NCBI GenBank assembly: GCA_002104945.1
Contig: MCFH01000072.1
Span: forward strand, 62,001 to 126,000
Length of the DNA: 64,000 nt
Direction of reading: 5' to 3'
Origin: Piromyces finnis finn
Lineage: Eukaryota; Fungi; Neocallimastigomycota
Part shown: positions 27,730 to 40,714 of the stretch, piece by piece
Position numbering within the stretch: the stretch's first letter is position 1
Layout: the number at the start of each line of letters is the position of its first letter
The notes under the pieces: generated by a model
What the model was told of the DNA's origin: nothing
The model's input: only the letters and a program-made list of their open reading frames with translations
Databases searched by the model: none
Made by a program: the position numbers and the translations under genes

Positions 27730-28143
27730 ATGCTAATGCTAATGCCTATTATTTTTTTTTTAAATATAATTATTTTATCGGTTAATTCAATACCATTACA
27801 ATATCCTGTATTAAACTCAAAATTAACTTGTATAAATTATTCTTGTGATGAATGCGATAACTTTATGGAAGATATAATCGATGATATAATTAAATGTGCT
27901 CAAAACTATAAAACTGACATTAGTGAACCTAAATACTTAGGATTTACACCATTAATTAATGATATTAATAGTGAAGATTATGATTGTGCATTTTTTAAAA
28001 TTAAAATTAATTCTGAAGGAAACTACGAGGATGATGAAACTAAAATTTTGTATGATTCAAACAGTTTAACTATGATTATAAAGGACTCAATAAATAAATC
28101 AGATTGCAAATGTATATTTGATTATTCAATTAGTACTGAATAA
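27730..28143 (+). CDS. Small secreted cysteine-containing protein (137 aa), unknown function
   Basis: Single-exon ORF from the ATG at 27730; hydrophobic leader MLMLMPIIFFLNIIILSVNS; 7 Cys; acidic mature part. Confidence 0.55.
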   Translation: MLMLMPIIFFLNIIILSVNSIPLQYPVLNSKLTCINYSCDECDNFMEDIIDDIIKCAQNYKTDISEPKYLGFTPLINDINSEDYDCAFFKIKINSEGNYEDDETKILYDSNSLTMIIKDSINKSDCKCIFDYSISTE

Positions 28144-28477
28144 TATATTATGATGCAAGTCTTTATAATAATGTTATTAAATATTTCAATAATATTATTA
28201 GAAAAAATAATTGTACAAATATTTACACCAAAAATTTTGATAACAATTCCAAATAATTTTGTAAACCTCTAATAACAATTTATAATTTTGGTAATATAAG
28301 TAAATTGCTATAAAATATTGTTTTTCATATTTAAATGTTTTACCATTCTTAATAAATCTATAAATTTCGTAGAAAAATAATTAGTGATATAATGTTTTAT
28401 AATTATATTTTTTAAATAATAAATAATATTTAATAATTCATAAAAAAAAATTATGGGTTAAAATAAAAATACTAATT

Positions 28478-28647
<170 letters not shown>

Positions 28648-28840
28648 ATATTGTTTTAAATAAAATAAATTTTTAAAATTGTTAATATTTAAAAAAATTT
28701 AATTATTTTGAAATATTGATATGATTGGTTAATTTTTTTAAAAAATAACTTTTTTTTATTATAATGTGGAAAAGAAATAATATTCATACATACAAGCTTG
28801 ACTATTTATCAAAATATTTGATAATATAGAATTACAAAAA

Positions 28841-31800
28841 ATGGTAATTAAAATAAAAAAAAATAAAAATAGATTTTTTTTTTTACAATTATTAGAATGT
28901 TGTTTAAGGACTATTATTTCCAATATAAATAAGCAATTAATTAAAAAATAAGGAGTAATATAAAAATTTCAATCATTTAAAAGTATATATTTTAAAATTA
29001 AAAATATCTATGTTATTTTTATTATTATAATATTATTAAAAAAGGCATCTGCTAGCTTTTTAGTCAAAAACCCAGCTTACGGTAATTTATTAACATCAAT
29101 AATATTCTATTTTGCTTAAATTTATTTATTTCAAAAAAGAAGAAATAAAAATTTACTGATAAAAAAAAAAAAAAATTGAATATATATAATAAAGGTCCAT
29201 TGGCCGTTTGTTTTGCTAACAAGATTAATGTTGAATTTTCCAAGGATCAAAAGGAAAATGTTATTTTAAAGGCTGACGGGTAAATAATTTTTAATAAAAT
29301 ATATGTTATAATAATCAAGATGTTTAATATATATATAATATAATTAATAATTAAATAGTTCTGAATTCAAGGGTGTTAGCCATGTTACCCGTGCTTTATG
29401 CCGTGTTTCCACTATTGATTCATACAATACTGATCCAGCTAAGGCTTCTGAAGTAAGAATAAAAAAAAGAAAATCATTTAAATAAAAGAACATATATTAA
29501 AGACAATTTTTAAAATTAATTTTTATTAAAAACAGATTGATTACTGGTTAGATATGGCTCAAGATAGTCTTCTTGGTAAGGATTTCAATTCTTTAATGGC
29601 TTCTTTTGATAAATTAGAAAACCATTTAGCTCTTCGTTCCTTCATTTCTGGTTATCACATTACTTTAGCTGATTTATTCATCTGGGGTGCTTTAAAGAGT
29701 AAGCATATCATACGAATAAATAATATTGTTATTAAAAATTATATTAATCGTATATCATAATTATTATTAATAAAATTATAATCCTAAAAAAGGTAATGCT
29801 ATTTTCATGAAGTACTTAAAGAATGAAGAAATTGGTGACAACTTAACTCGTTGGTTCAATTTTGTTAGTTCTTTAGATTACGTTGAAGAAGCTGTTAATG
29901 CTTTAAACAACTACGTTCAATCAACAAAGGTTAAGAAGGATCAAGGTTCTTTCGATATTGGTCTTAAGGACGCTGAAATGGGTAAGGTTTGTACTCGTTT
30001 CCCACCAGAACCAAGTGGTTATCTTCATGTTGGTCACGCCAAGGCTGCTTTATTAAACCAATACTTTGCTAAGTCTTACAATGGTAAGTTAATTGTTCGT
30101 TTCGATGATACCAACCCAAGTAAGGAAAAGGAAGAATTTGAAGAAAGTATTAAAGAAGATTTACAATTAATCGGTATTAAGGGTGATATTTGTACTCACA
30201 CTTCTGACCACTTCGATACTATCTACAACTATGCTATTCAAATTATTAAGGATGGTAAGGCTTATGTTGATGATACTGACCGTGATACTATGAGACAACA
30301 AAGAGGTGAAGGTATTCCATCTAAGTGCAGAGATCTTCCAGTTGAAGAAAACTTAAGACGTTTCGAAGAAATGAAGAATGCTACTGAATTCGGTTTAAAG
30401 TGCTGTTTACGTGCTAAGATTAGTGTTGATGATAAGAACAAGGCTCTTCGTGATCCAGTTATTTACCGTTGTAACCTTCTTCCACACCATCAAACTGGTG
30501 ATAAGTGGAAGATTTACCCAACTTACGATTTTGCTTGTCCAATTGTTGATAGTATTGAAGGTGTTACCCATGCTTTACGTACTATTGAATACCGTGACCG
30601 TAACCCACAATACGAATGGTTCTTAAAGAACCTTAACCTTAGATGGGTTCACATTTGGGATTACAGTCGTATGAACTTTATTTACACTTTATTATCAAAG
30701 CGTAAGCTCCAATGGTTCGTCGACCAAGGTCTTGTTACTGGCTGGGACGATCCACGTTTCCCAACTATCAGAGGTATTCGTAGACGTGGTATGACTATCG
30801 AAGCTTTACGTAACTACATCTTAATGCAAGGTGCTTCTCAAAAGGATCTTATGCTCGAATGGGATAAATTATGGGCTATTAACAAGAAGGTTATTGATCC
30901 AGTTGCTCCAAGATTTGCTGCCTTAGAAAAGGAAAAGCTTGTTGAAGTTAACATTTTAGATGAAGTTGCTCCATTTACTAAGGAAATCTTAAAGCACAAG
31001 AAGAATCCAGATGTTGGTACTAAGAATGTCAATTACTCTAACAAGATCTACTTAGAATTCGCCGATGTTGCTGAATTACAAGAAAACGAAGAATTTACTT
31101 TAATGGACTGGGGTAACGCTATTGTTAAGAAGATTAACTGGTCTGCTGATCACAGTTCTGTTGAATCTATGGATATTGTCTTACATCTTGAAGGTGACTT
31201 CAAGAAGACTAAGAAGAAGGTTACCTGGTTATCCAGAGTTGCTGCCAGTGGTGAAAAGAGTGTTGTCGATGTTACTTTCTTAGATTATGATTACCTTATT
31301 ACCAAGCGTAAGTTAGAAGAAGATGATGAAGTTAAGGACTTCATTACTCCAGTTACCGAATTCAAGAAGTCTGCTGTTGGTGATATCAACATGGCTTCAT
31401 TAAAGAAGGGTGATATCATTCAAATTGAACGTAAGGGTTACTTCATTGTTGATAAGGCTTACGATGGTACTTCTATGGATATCATTTCTATTCCAGATGG
31501 TAAGGCCGGAAAGATGGCTTCTAAGGCTGATACTGCCTCAAAAAACGACAAAAAAGAAAAGAAAGACAAGAAGGACAACAAGAAGGCTGCCAAGAAAGAA
31601 AAAAAAGAAAAGGTAACTACTAAGGCTGCTCCAGCTGCTAATGGTGTTAAGGGTATGTATGAAGTTAAGCCAATTTATGGTGTTGTTCCAGAAATTGACA
31701 CCAAGACCAAAATGTATGAAATTAAGTCAATTTATGGTGAAAATGTTAAGGTTGACTTACCATTAACTGCTAGTCAACGCTTAAACGCTCCAGCTCAACA

Positions 31801-32407
31801 AGCCGCTCCAGTTGAAGCTGCTCCAGCTACTGACAAGAAGGCTAAGAAGGATAAGAAGGAAAAGAAGGACAAGAAGGCTAAGAAGGAACCACCAAAGGCT
31901 AAGGTCGAAGAAATTACTATTTCTCGTTTAGATATTGGTATTGGTAAGGTTTTAGAAGTTCAACGTCATCCAAATGCTGATTCCTTATATGTTGAAAAGA
32001 TTGATTTAGGTAACGGTGATGTTCGTACTGTTGTTAGTGGTTTAGTTAATTTCCTTAAGGAAGATGAAATTAACCAAAAGAACGTTGTTGTTCTCAAGAA
32101 CTTAAAGCCAGTTGCTATGAGAGGTATTAAATCTTTCGCTATGGTTTTATGTGCTTCTGATGCTGACCACACTAAGGTTGAACTTTTAGTTCCACCAGAA
32201 GGTAGTCAACCAGGTGACAAGGTTTACTTTGAAGGTTTTGAAGGTGAACCAGATGCTCAACTTAATCCAAAGAAGAAGGTCTTTGAAGCTTTACAAGTTG
32301 ATTTCACTACTAATGATGATTTGGTTGCTACTTGGAAGGATATTCCATTTAGAACTGAAAAGGGTGTTATTAAGGCCTCTACTATGGTTAAGGCTACTAT
32401 TAAATAA
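28841..32407 (+). CDS. GUS1: Cytosolic glutamyl-tRNA synthetase (GST-like N-domain + class I core + anticodon domain) fused to a C-terminal EMAPII/Arc1p-type tRNA-binding OB domain
   Basis: ATG-only first coding exon 28841-28843, then four short exons. GST-like IDYWLD..LENHLALRSF..TLADLFIWGAL; core RFPPEPSGYLHVGH, RFDDTN, YPTYDFACP, LSKRKL, GWDDPRFPT; C-terminal RLDIGIGKV..HPNADSLYVEKIDLG..NLKPVAMRGIKSFAMVLCAS. Codon usage typical of a highly expressed gene. Confidence 0.95.
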
Positions 32408-32798
32408 GTTTTTAAATTTTCATAAAACTTTTTTAATTATTTTTATTTTACAAATAGTTTGAATCAATGTATATCAATTATAAACAATAAATAATAAACC
32501 TAAAAATATAAAATTAAATAATATTTTACACTACTTTTCTTATATGTAAATTTGCATCAATTTTAAATTCATTTTTTGAAATTTAAGTGTTATTAAAATA
32601 ATCAAAAACTGAGCCAATCATATTATTTTAATAATTAAGATTTATTTTATTTTAATTTATGTTAAATTTAAAAAAAAATTGAAGTTACTTTTATATATTC
32701 TGTATATTTAATACATATTTTCTTTTAATTTTTTTCTTTTGTTTTAGTTTCATTACATTCTTTAGTTTTTTTTTTTTTTTTTTAAAAAAAAAGAATAA

Positions 32799-33291
32799 AT
32801 GAATAGTCAATTTTGTGTGGCTTTAGAGCATAATTACACTCCTGAAGATACTATTTCATTGTATGATATAGTTAAAAAAGCAAGAGACAATGGTCATGAT
32901 ATTGCAGCAGTTAACATTGTTAATCCAAAATATTCAAGAGCATTAAAAGATATTAATGAAATAGGTCCTTTTAAAAAAGATGATATTGTTGTTCAAACTA
33001 CTGGTAAATTTTCAAATGAGATTATTTTTTTTTTAAAAAAATTTAACATTATAAAATGTATTTTCATTAAATTGAAAAAGTAATATTTTTAGTTACTTTT
33101 TTTTTTTTCTTCGAAAATGTGAAATTAATAATAACATTATCATTATTAATAAAACATATACATTATTTATAACTGGGGAAATATATATATATATATATTC
33201 ATAGGCTGGGCAAAATATATTATTGGAAAAATTTCAGAATTTTTAGATTTTGATTCAACTGATGATACTATTAGAGTTAATTCAGAATTGG

Positions 33292-33330
<39 letters not shown>

Positions 33331-36254
33331 AAGGATTTTATTAAAATATATAAAATTATTGTAAAATTTTAATGCATATTTCAATTATAATAATTTCATA
33401 ATGGTTTATTACTTTTTAATTCAATAATTTAAAAATGTAGATTTTAAAACAAGAAATTTCATGGGCTGGCCATTTAGGTTTAACAGCTTTATTATTCCCA
33501 ACTTTACCAAAACAATTAATTAATTATTCTCGTTGTTTAAATAATTGTATATCTTCTGTCCCATATGCTCAAGTAATTTTATTTATAACGATTTTACAAT
33601 AAATATTCAATACTTATTAATTAAAACTTTTTTTTTTAAAAAAAAAAAGATTATTATAAGAATTCCTCTTGAAATTCCAGACATTTGGGATAGATGGAAT
33701 TCATTAAGAAATTTATGTGGTCACAATTCCAGAATTAAAATTGGTATTTATCTAATTGAATTTCAAAAAATTTAATATTTTCAAGTAATAATTTTTTCAT
33801 TAAAATTAACAAACAAAAAAATATACATTTTTAATAAGCTTTGGAACTTCCAGGAGATCTTCCTGAAGGTGAAAGTTTAGCTAGATGGTTCGCAGAACCA
33901 ATAGCTTCTGTTATTGTTCCAAAGAAGATATTTTTAACTAACAAGAATGGTTATCCAGTATTAAGTAAGAGACACCAAGAACTTGTTAGAAAACTTTTCA
34001 GAGTATGTGTAGCAGGATTGATACATATTTATTAAATATTTTAAAGAAGACAAAAAAAAAAAAAAAAAATTAAAAAAGAAGAAAAAAAAAAAAAAAGATG
34101 AAAAGATATTAATATATATTGTTCTATACATTATTTGCTTAATATTTATACAGCAAACAAACCAATTTATCATATCTGGAATATTTGGTGAATCATTAGA
34201 AAAGAATGGATTACCATCATACCAACAATATCTTAGACATTTATTTAGAACTCAAGTACAACCTAGTGAAATTGAAAAATTAGCATTAGACTATGAAGAT
34301 TATTTACAAACTCCATTACAAGTAATAATTATTAAAATTTTATAGTTTTTATTATTATTATTATTATTATTATCATTAATAAGAAATAAATGATATTAAA
34401 TTATAATTTTTAAAATATTAAATATATTAAAATATGTATAGCCATTAATGGATAATTTAGAATCAATGACTTATGAAGTATTTGAACAAGATCCTGTTAA
34501 ATATATTCAATATGAAGAAGTAAGTTTAATTATTATCTGATTTTAAAGTAAGAAAAAAAAAAGTCAATTAAATAAATCAATAATTCATTATTTTTATTAG
34601 GCTATCTATAGAGCTTTATTAGATAGAATGGACTTTAAAAAAGATGAACCATTGTATGTTTTACTTAATTAAGGGCTTTTTTTAAAAAATAATAATTAAT
34701 AATTTAACTTTAATTATTGTATTTAATTATTTAGAGTTGTTATGGTAGTTGGTGCTGGTCGTGGCCCAATTGTTGAACGTGCTTTAAGAGCCTCAGAAAG
34801 AGCTAATAGAAAAATAAAGCTCTATGCCATTGAAAAGAATCCAAATGCTTTTATTACGTAAATATACAATTTATAAATAATTATATTTAAAGTATTATAT
34901 ATATGAATATTGTTATTTATGTTTTATTATATAAAATTTAGCCTTAAACAGAAAAAAGAAGTTTGGGGTGATAAAGTTACAATTGTATTTACAGATATGA
35001 GATATTGGGATGCTCCAGAAAAAGCTGATATTCTTGTTAGTGAATTGTTAGGATCATTTGGTGGTAATTATTTTAAATCTTTTATATATATATATTTGTT
35101 TTTTTATTTAAATATTAATTTTTTTTTTATTTTATTTTATTTTTTATATTTATATAAAGATAATGAACTTTCACCAGAATGTTTAGATGGTGCCCAAAAA
35201 TTGTTGAACCCAGGTTAATATACTTTTTATAGAAATGATTTTATATGTAAATATAAAAGTAGTAATATATTAATGGGATAATTAAAACTTTATATTTTTA
35301 ATAGATACTGGTATTTCTATTCCAAGTGATTATACTTCATATATAACACCAATTTCTTCAACAAGTTTATACAATTCAGTTTCATCATATAAAGATGTTA
35401 TGCATTTTGAAACTTCATATGTTGTTAAATTTAATAAGGTTTGTGAAATTTCAGAACCAAAACCAATCTGGTCATTCCAACATCCAAATTGGAATATCGA
35501 AACTAATCCAAGTAGGCTAAATATATATATAGTAATAATAAAATAAACATTTATATTCAATTTAATTATTAAATGAAAACTGCATAATTGCAATTAAAAA
35601 TCAAAATTTATAGGTAGCGTTAAGTTTAATTTACACAATGATCGTTACAACTTTGTTGAATTTACAATTCCAGAAAATATGACAATTGTAATTATTTCTA
35701 CTATATATAAATAGAGTTATAAAAAAAAAAGCAACTAAAAACTAAAAATATATATTTTTTTTTTTAAATATAATAAAAAAAGCATGGTATTGGAGGTTAT
35801 TTCGAAGCCACATTATATAAAGATGTTATAATTAGTAAGTTTTATTACTTATACACGTTTTTTTTTTTTATTTTTTTATCAAAGATTATATACTAATTCT
35901 ATTATAAAATAATTATAGGTATTAATCCACCAACTCACTCCGAAGGTATGTTTAGTTGGTTCCCATTATTCTTCCCATTAAAGGTAGGTTAAATTTTTAT
36001 ATATATATCAGCCAATAGGAAATAATAATTTTCTAATTTTAAGAATTTTTATATTATATTAGATACCAATGTATGCCAAGAAAAATTCAAAGGTTGTTGC
36101 TCATTTCTGGAGATTACATGATACCAAAAAAGTATGGTATGAATGGTGTGTTGTTCCAGTAACTACTAATGATGAAGAACCAATTCCACAAGATGTTGGT
36201 AGTGCATCTTCAATTCATAATCCAGGAGGTAGATCTCACTGGATTGGTTTATAA
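32799..36254 (+). CDS. PRMT5: Protein arginine N-methyltransferase 5 (Hsl7/Skb1), multi-exon
   Basis: [117 protein letters not shown]. Confidence 0.95.
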
Positions 36255-36652
36255 GTGCTATAATAAAAAAAACATCTGAAATTAGAATGAAATAATAAAT
36301 CAATATAACTATAATCTAATAAATTATATAATAAATAAATTATTTAAATATATTATTTTAATTATTATTGTGTGTAATAAAATTTCTTTTTTTTTTTTTA
36401 TTTTTTTAGTTTATAAATAATAATTAATAGTATTTAAAAAATTTTTAATTAAAAAAAAAAAAAAAAATAAAGTTTTTCCATTCATTGATTTGTACAACAT
36501 ATAATAATTAATTTTGAATAATTTAATATTAAAATGTGTCTTAGTAATAGTAAATAATAAAAATAATAGTAAAAAAGAAATTATCATAAAAACAAGAAAA
36601 AAAGACATTTTTTTTTTATTATTATAAAACTAAAATAAAAGAAAATAATAAA

Positions 36653-39600
36653 ATGAAATGTTCAAAATTTTTAACCATCTTATCAGAAAATTATCCAAAT
36701 GCTTGTTTATCAGAAGAAGAACTTCAGTATATTAGTACTGTATTTGATGATGATAATATTCAATTGGAAGATATCAAAGAGGTTACTGAAGATTTTCTAA
36801 AAAATGCTGGTATGACTGACACCGAAACCGAGAAATTCTATTCGCTGTTACAAGAACAACTAGGTTTTAGTCAAGATAATATAAGCCAAGTCCAAGAAGT
36901 TGAAATGGTAATTATTATAGGTGATAATTTAATAATAATAAAAGGTTATTGAAATTTATATTATAAACATTAAATAAAACACAAAAGAATTCACTAGAAA
37001 AAAATATTTCCAATTGGTCTATAAATTCTGATGTTTTAAATATAAATAAAACACAAGAAATATCTAAAGCACCAATTTCTAAGAAAAAACAACGGGAAAG
37101 AAGAAGGAGAGAAAGAACTAAAACAAGAAGTACGAACAGTGAAAAAGATGATAATAATGATTCTGAGAATGAATACGATGCTTTAAAATGTATTAATGCA
37201 TTTTCGCAAGTTTCACGTTATCATACTGAAACCATTGATTCATATGCCAAAGATATTGATCTTAAAGATTTAAATATTTTAGTTGGAGATAGAGAATTAT
37301 TGACCGACGCAAATTTAAAATTATATCAAGGTGTTCACTATGGTTTAATTGGTCAAAATGGAATCGGAAAATCGAGTATTTTTAATTTTTTTTATTTTAT
37401 TATTCATAAATATATGATATTTTATTATTAAGTATTGATTTAAATTTATTATGAAATAATAAAAAAGCATTATTAAAGGCAATTGGATATAAGTTAATTA
37501 TTGGTTTCCCAGAACAAGTTCAAACTCATTATGTTGAACAATTAGAAAATGTTAATTTAGAAATGTCAGTAATTGATACCATTTTAGAAAGTGATAAAAA
37601 GGCAGAAAGAATTAAGAAAGAACACAAATTACTTCAAGAAGCAGTTGAAGGAGGAAATACTCAAAGTATTGTCAAAACAGTTTTACAAATTAAGTATGAT
37701 AGACTTTGTAGTGCATTAGAAGATCAAGAAAAAGTTTTTAAAAGAAGAAGCCGTGAACGTGCTAAAGTAGCTAGAGCAAAGTATTTTGTTATTGAAGAAC
37801 AAGTTAAAGAAGCTGAAAAGTAATAAATTATATATATAAATTGATAAATTATACATTATACATATATAGATTATATATATAAATTGATAAATTATTTATT
37901 ATACTTATTTGTTATATTTAATAATTATTATATTTATTAATTATAATATTTATTATTATTTATATCTATTTATCCTTTATATTGATTATTATTCATATTG
38001 ATTATTAATTGATTAATTGATTATTAAAATTCCTATTATATAAGAAATTTAACGAAAAAGTATTCACACGATGAAGAGCAACAACTTGTTTTAGAAGGAA
38101 CCGAAATGTTAAATGATTTATATATTGAACTAGATTTAGTAAGTTATTAAAATCCTAAAAATTTTACATGTTTATATCTATATCTATGTTTATGTCTATG
38201 TATGAATTATTGAAGTTATAGTCAAAGACAAAATACTGATTTCTAATAATATTAATTTTTAATAATATTAATTATTTATAAAAAAAATATAATGTTGCTT
38301 AAAATATAATAAAAAAAAAAAAAAAAAAAATTTAGATTGATGCAGATGCACTTTACGCCAAGGCCTCCAAAATTTTAAGTGGTCTTGGTTTTTCAGAAGA
38401 ATGGCAAAAAGGACCAATGAAGAATTTATCAGGAGGATGGAGAATTAGAGCATCATTAGCTCAAGCTTTATTCCTTGAACCATTTATTCTTTTATTAGAT
38501 GAACCAAGTAAGTTTTAAGTTTTATTAATAAAATATATTATATAATTAATCTTATAAGATATCCACATATTTATATTTTTTTATTTTTATTTTTATTTTA
38601 TTTATCATATATTAATTATTAACTAATTATTTAATAAAAAGCAAATCATCTTGATTTCCCAGCTATTATTTGGCTTGAAAATTATTTAAAATCATTAACT
38701 GATACCACCTTAGTGATTGTTTCTCACGATCGTGCATTCCTTAATGAAGTAGTTGATGAAATTATCGTATTTAAGAATAAAACATTAAGATATTTTTCTG
38801 GTAATTATGATATTTATGAACAAGCATATGAGGAAGAAAAAATTCATAAGTTAAAACAAAAGGAACTTATTGATAAAAAAAAACAATCTCTTCAACAAAA
38901 TATTCAAAAGAATTTACAAATGGCCAGAAAAAGTGGAGATGATAAAAAACTTGCACAAGCAGCTAGTAGAAAAAAGGTTATTTATTTCATAGCTAAATTT
39001 TATTTTTATTTTTATTTTATTTTTTTTTTTTTTTAAGTTTTTATGTATTATTAAATTTATACTAAAATAAATAAAAATATTTCGTATATATATATATATT
39101 ATACATAGAAATTATTAGATAGAACAGGTATTGAAAGAAATGCTCATGGTCATAGATTTAAAGTTAGCAAAGATATGGTTGGGTACTATTTCACTCACAG
39201 AGCAGAGGTTCAAATTGAAATTGACAATACAGTTGTTCATTGGAATATACCAGAACCTGATATATTAAGAAATAAGGATTCTATATTAAAGGTTCAGAAT
39301 TTATCTTATAAATATAGTGATGATTTACCATGGATATTAAAAAATATATCATTGAATATCGAATTAGGAGATAAAGTTGGTATTGTAAGTATTGGTCAGT
39401 TTTATTTTATATATTTAAAAAAAAAATAATTAGTTAATTCACACATATTATATATTATATAAATTTATAGATGGGTTCTAATGGAGAAGGTAAATCTACT
39501 TTTGTATCATTAATTTCTGGTAGATTTAATCCAGTAGACGGAACTATTCTTCATCATCCACAAGCAAAAATTGGATGTTTCGAACAACACGATGTAGAAA

Positions 39601-40028
39601 AATTAGTCAATACTTACAAGAATTTAAATTGTATTCAATACCTTTCAAAACTTTGTCCTGATGCAGAAAGCCAAGATTTATATAATTTAATGGGATCATT
39701 TGGTATTTCAGGATCCTTAGGACAAAATCCTATTTATACATTATCTGGAGGACAAGTTGTAAGATTAATTATGGCATCCATATTTTATAATAAACCACAC
39801 TTTATTATTCTCGATGAACCTACTAATCACTTGGACACCGAAACGATTGAAGTCATGATTGAAAATTTAAAGAAATTTTCAGGATCTGTTATTATTGTTA
39901 GCCACGACCAATATTTTGTTGATCAAATTGCAGAAAGAGTATATTATTTAAGAAAACAAAGATTCCATAAATTAGAAGGAGGTGTTAAAGAATATATTAA
40001 AATTGTTAAAAAAGATATTAAAATGTAA
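36653..40028 (+). CDS. ABC-F family ribosome-associated ATPase, paralogue A (Gcn20/ABCF3-like N-domain, two NBDs, no TM domain)
   Basis: Walker A GQNGIGKS and GSNGEGKST; signatures LSGGW and LSGGQ; Walker [18 protein letters not shown]; H-loop VSHD twice. Confidence 0.9.
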
Positions 40029-40477
40029 ATGAAAATGTCATAATATACATAGTTATGAATTTATTTAATTATTTTTTAAACATGTTTAAAATTAAAATAA
40101 AATAATTTGTTTATGCATATAAAAAATTATTTTTTTTTTTTTTAATATAAAAAAGATATTATATAATAAATAATTATTATATAAAAACCAATAAAATAAC
40201 ATAAAAAATGTAAAAAGGAAAATAAAAAAACTATATTTTATAAATATTTACTTTAAAAATATTGTTATCATAAATTAAAAAAATTTTATTAAGAATAAAT
40301 TGGTGAAGAATAAAAAAGGAAAAGTATTTCTCTTTCTAAATTCATTATTTTTATAAAGATATTTTTTTAGATGAAAGAAATATTTCAACAAATTTTTTAG
40401 ATGTTGTGATATACATAATGATAAGGGTTAATTTTATGTAGAAAGAATTTAAGTAATATATGCTTTATTAATAACCT

Positions 40478-40492
40478 TATATATTACATTCC
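40478..40492 (+). repeat. 5' target-site duplication TATATATTACATTCC
   Basis: Identical 15-mer at 46039-46053, directly after the poly(A) tail. Confidence 0.9.
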
Positions 40493-40714
40493 CTCTTGGG
40501 AACGTGCCTTCATTTATTTAATAATGGAGTTTATCAAGGGGGTCTACTCATGCTCATGGTACTGAGAGAGTAGAAAGAATTAAATCCAAGCATTGCGCAA
40601 TGGATGCTTGGTTAGTCTTTAAGGGAAAATTATTAGGACTAAGCTCATGGTACTGAGCGATTAAAAAACATTTTATTCATCGAATTGAGTATTTGATGAA
40701 TAAGTTGAATGTTT
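40491..40714 (+). ncRNA. Candidate structured cis-acting RNA at the LINE 5' end (six closely packed stem-loops)
   Basis: Complementary arms found by eye: 40491-99/40534-42, 40543-49/40568-74, 40586-93/40604-11, 40612-19/40635-42, 40643-47/40654-58, 40673-84/40692-703. Not computationally folded. Confidence 0.5.

Noticed and set aside
40492-40585. HDV-like ribozyme: a nested-pseudoknot topology can be drawn (P1 CCTCTTG/CAAGGGG, P2 ATTTAA/TTAAAT, P3 TAA/TTA, P4 = hairpin 2)
   Set aside because: No G at position 1, L3 has GG rather than the pyrimidines needed for P1.1, and J4/2 (AAGAA) lacks the catalytic C. Hammerhead CUGANGA/GAAA spacing and the twister core are also not matched.
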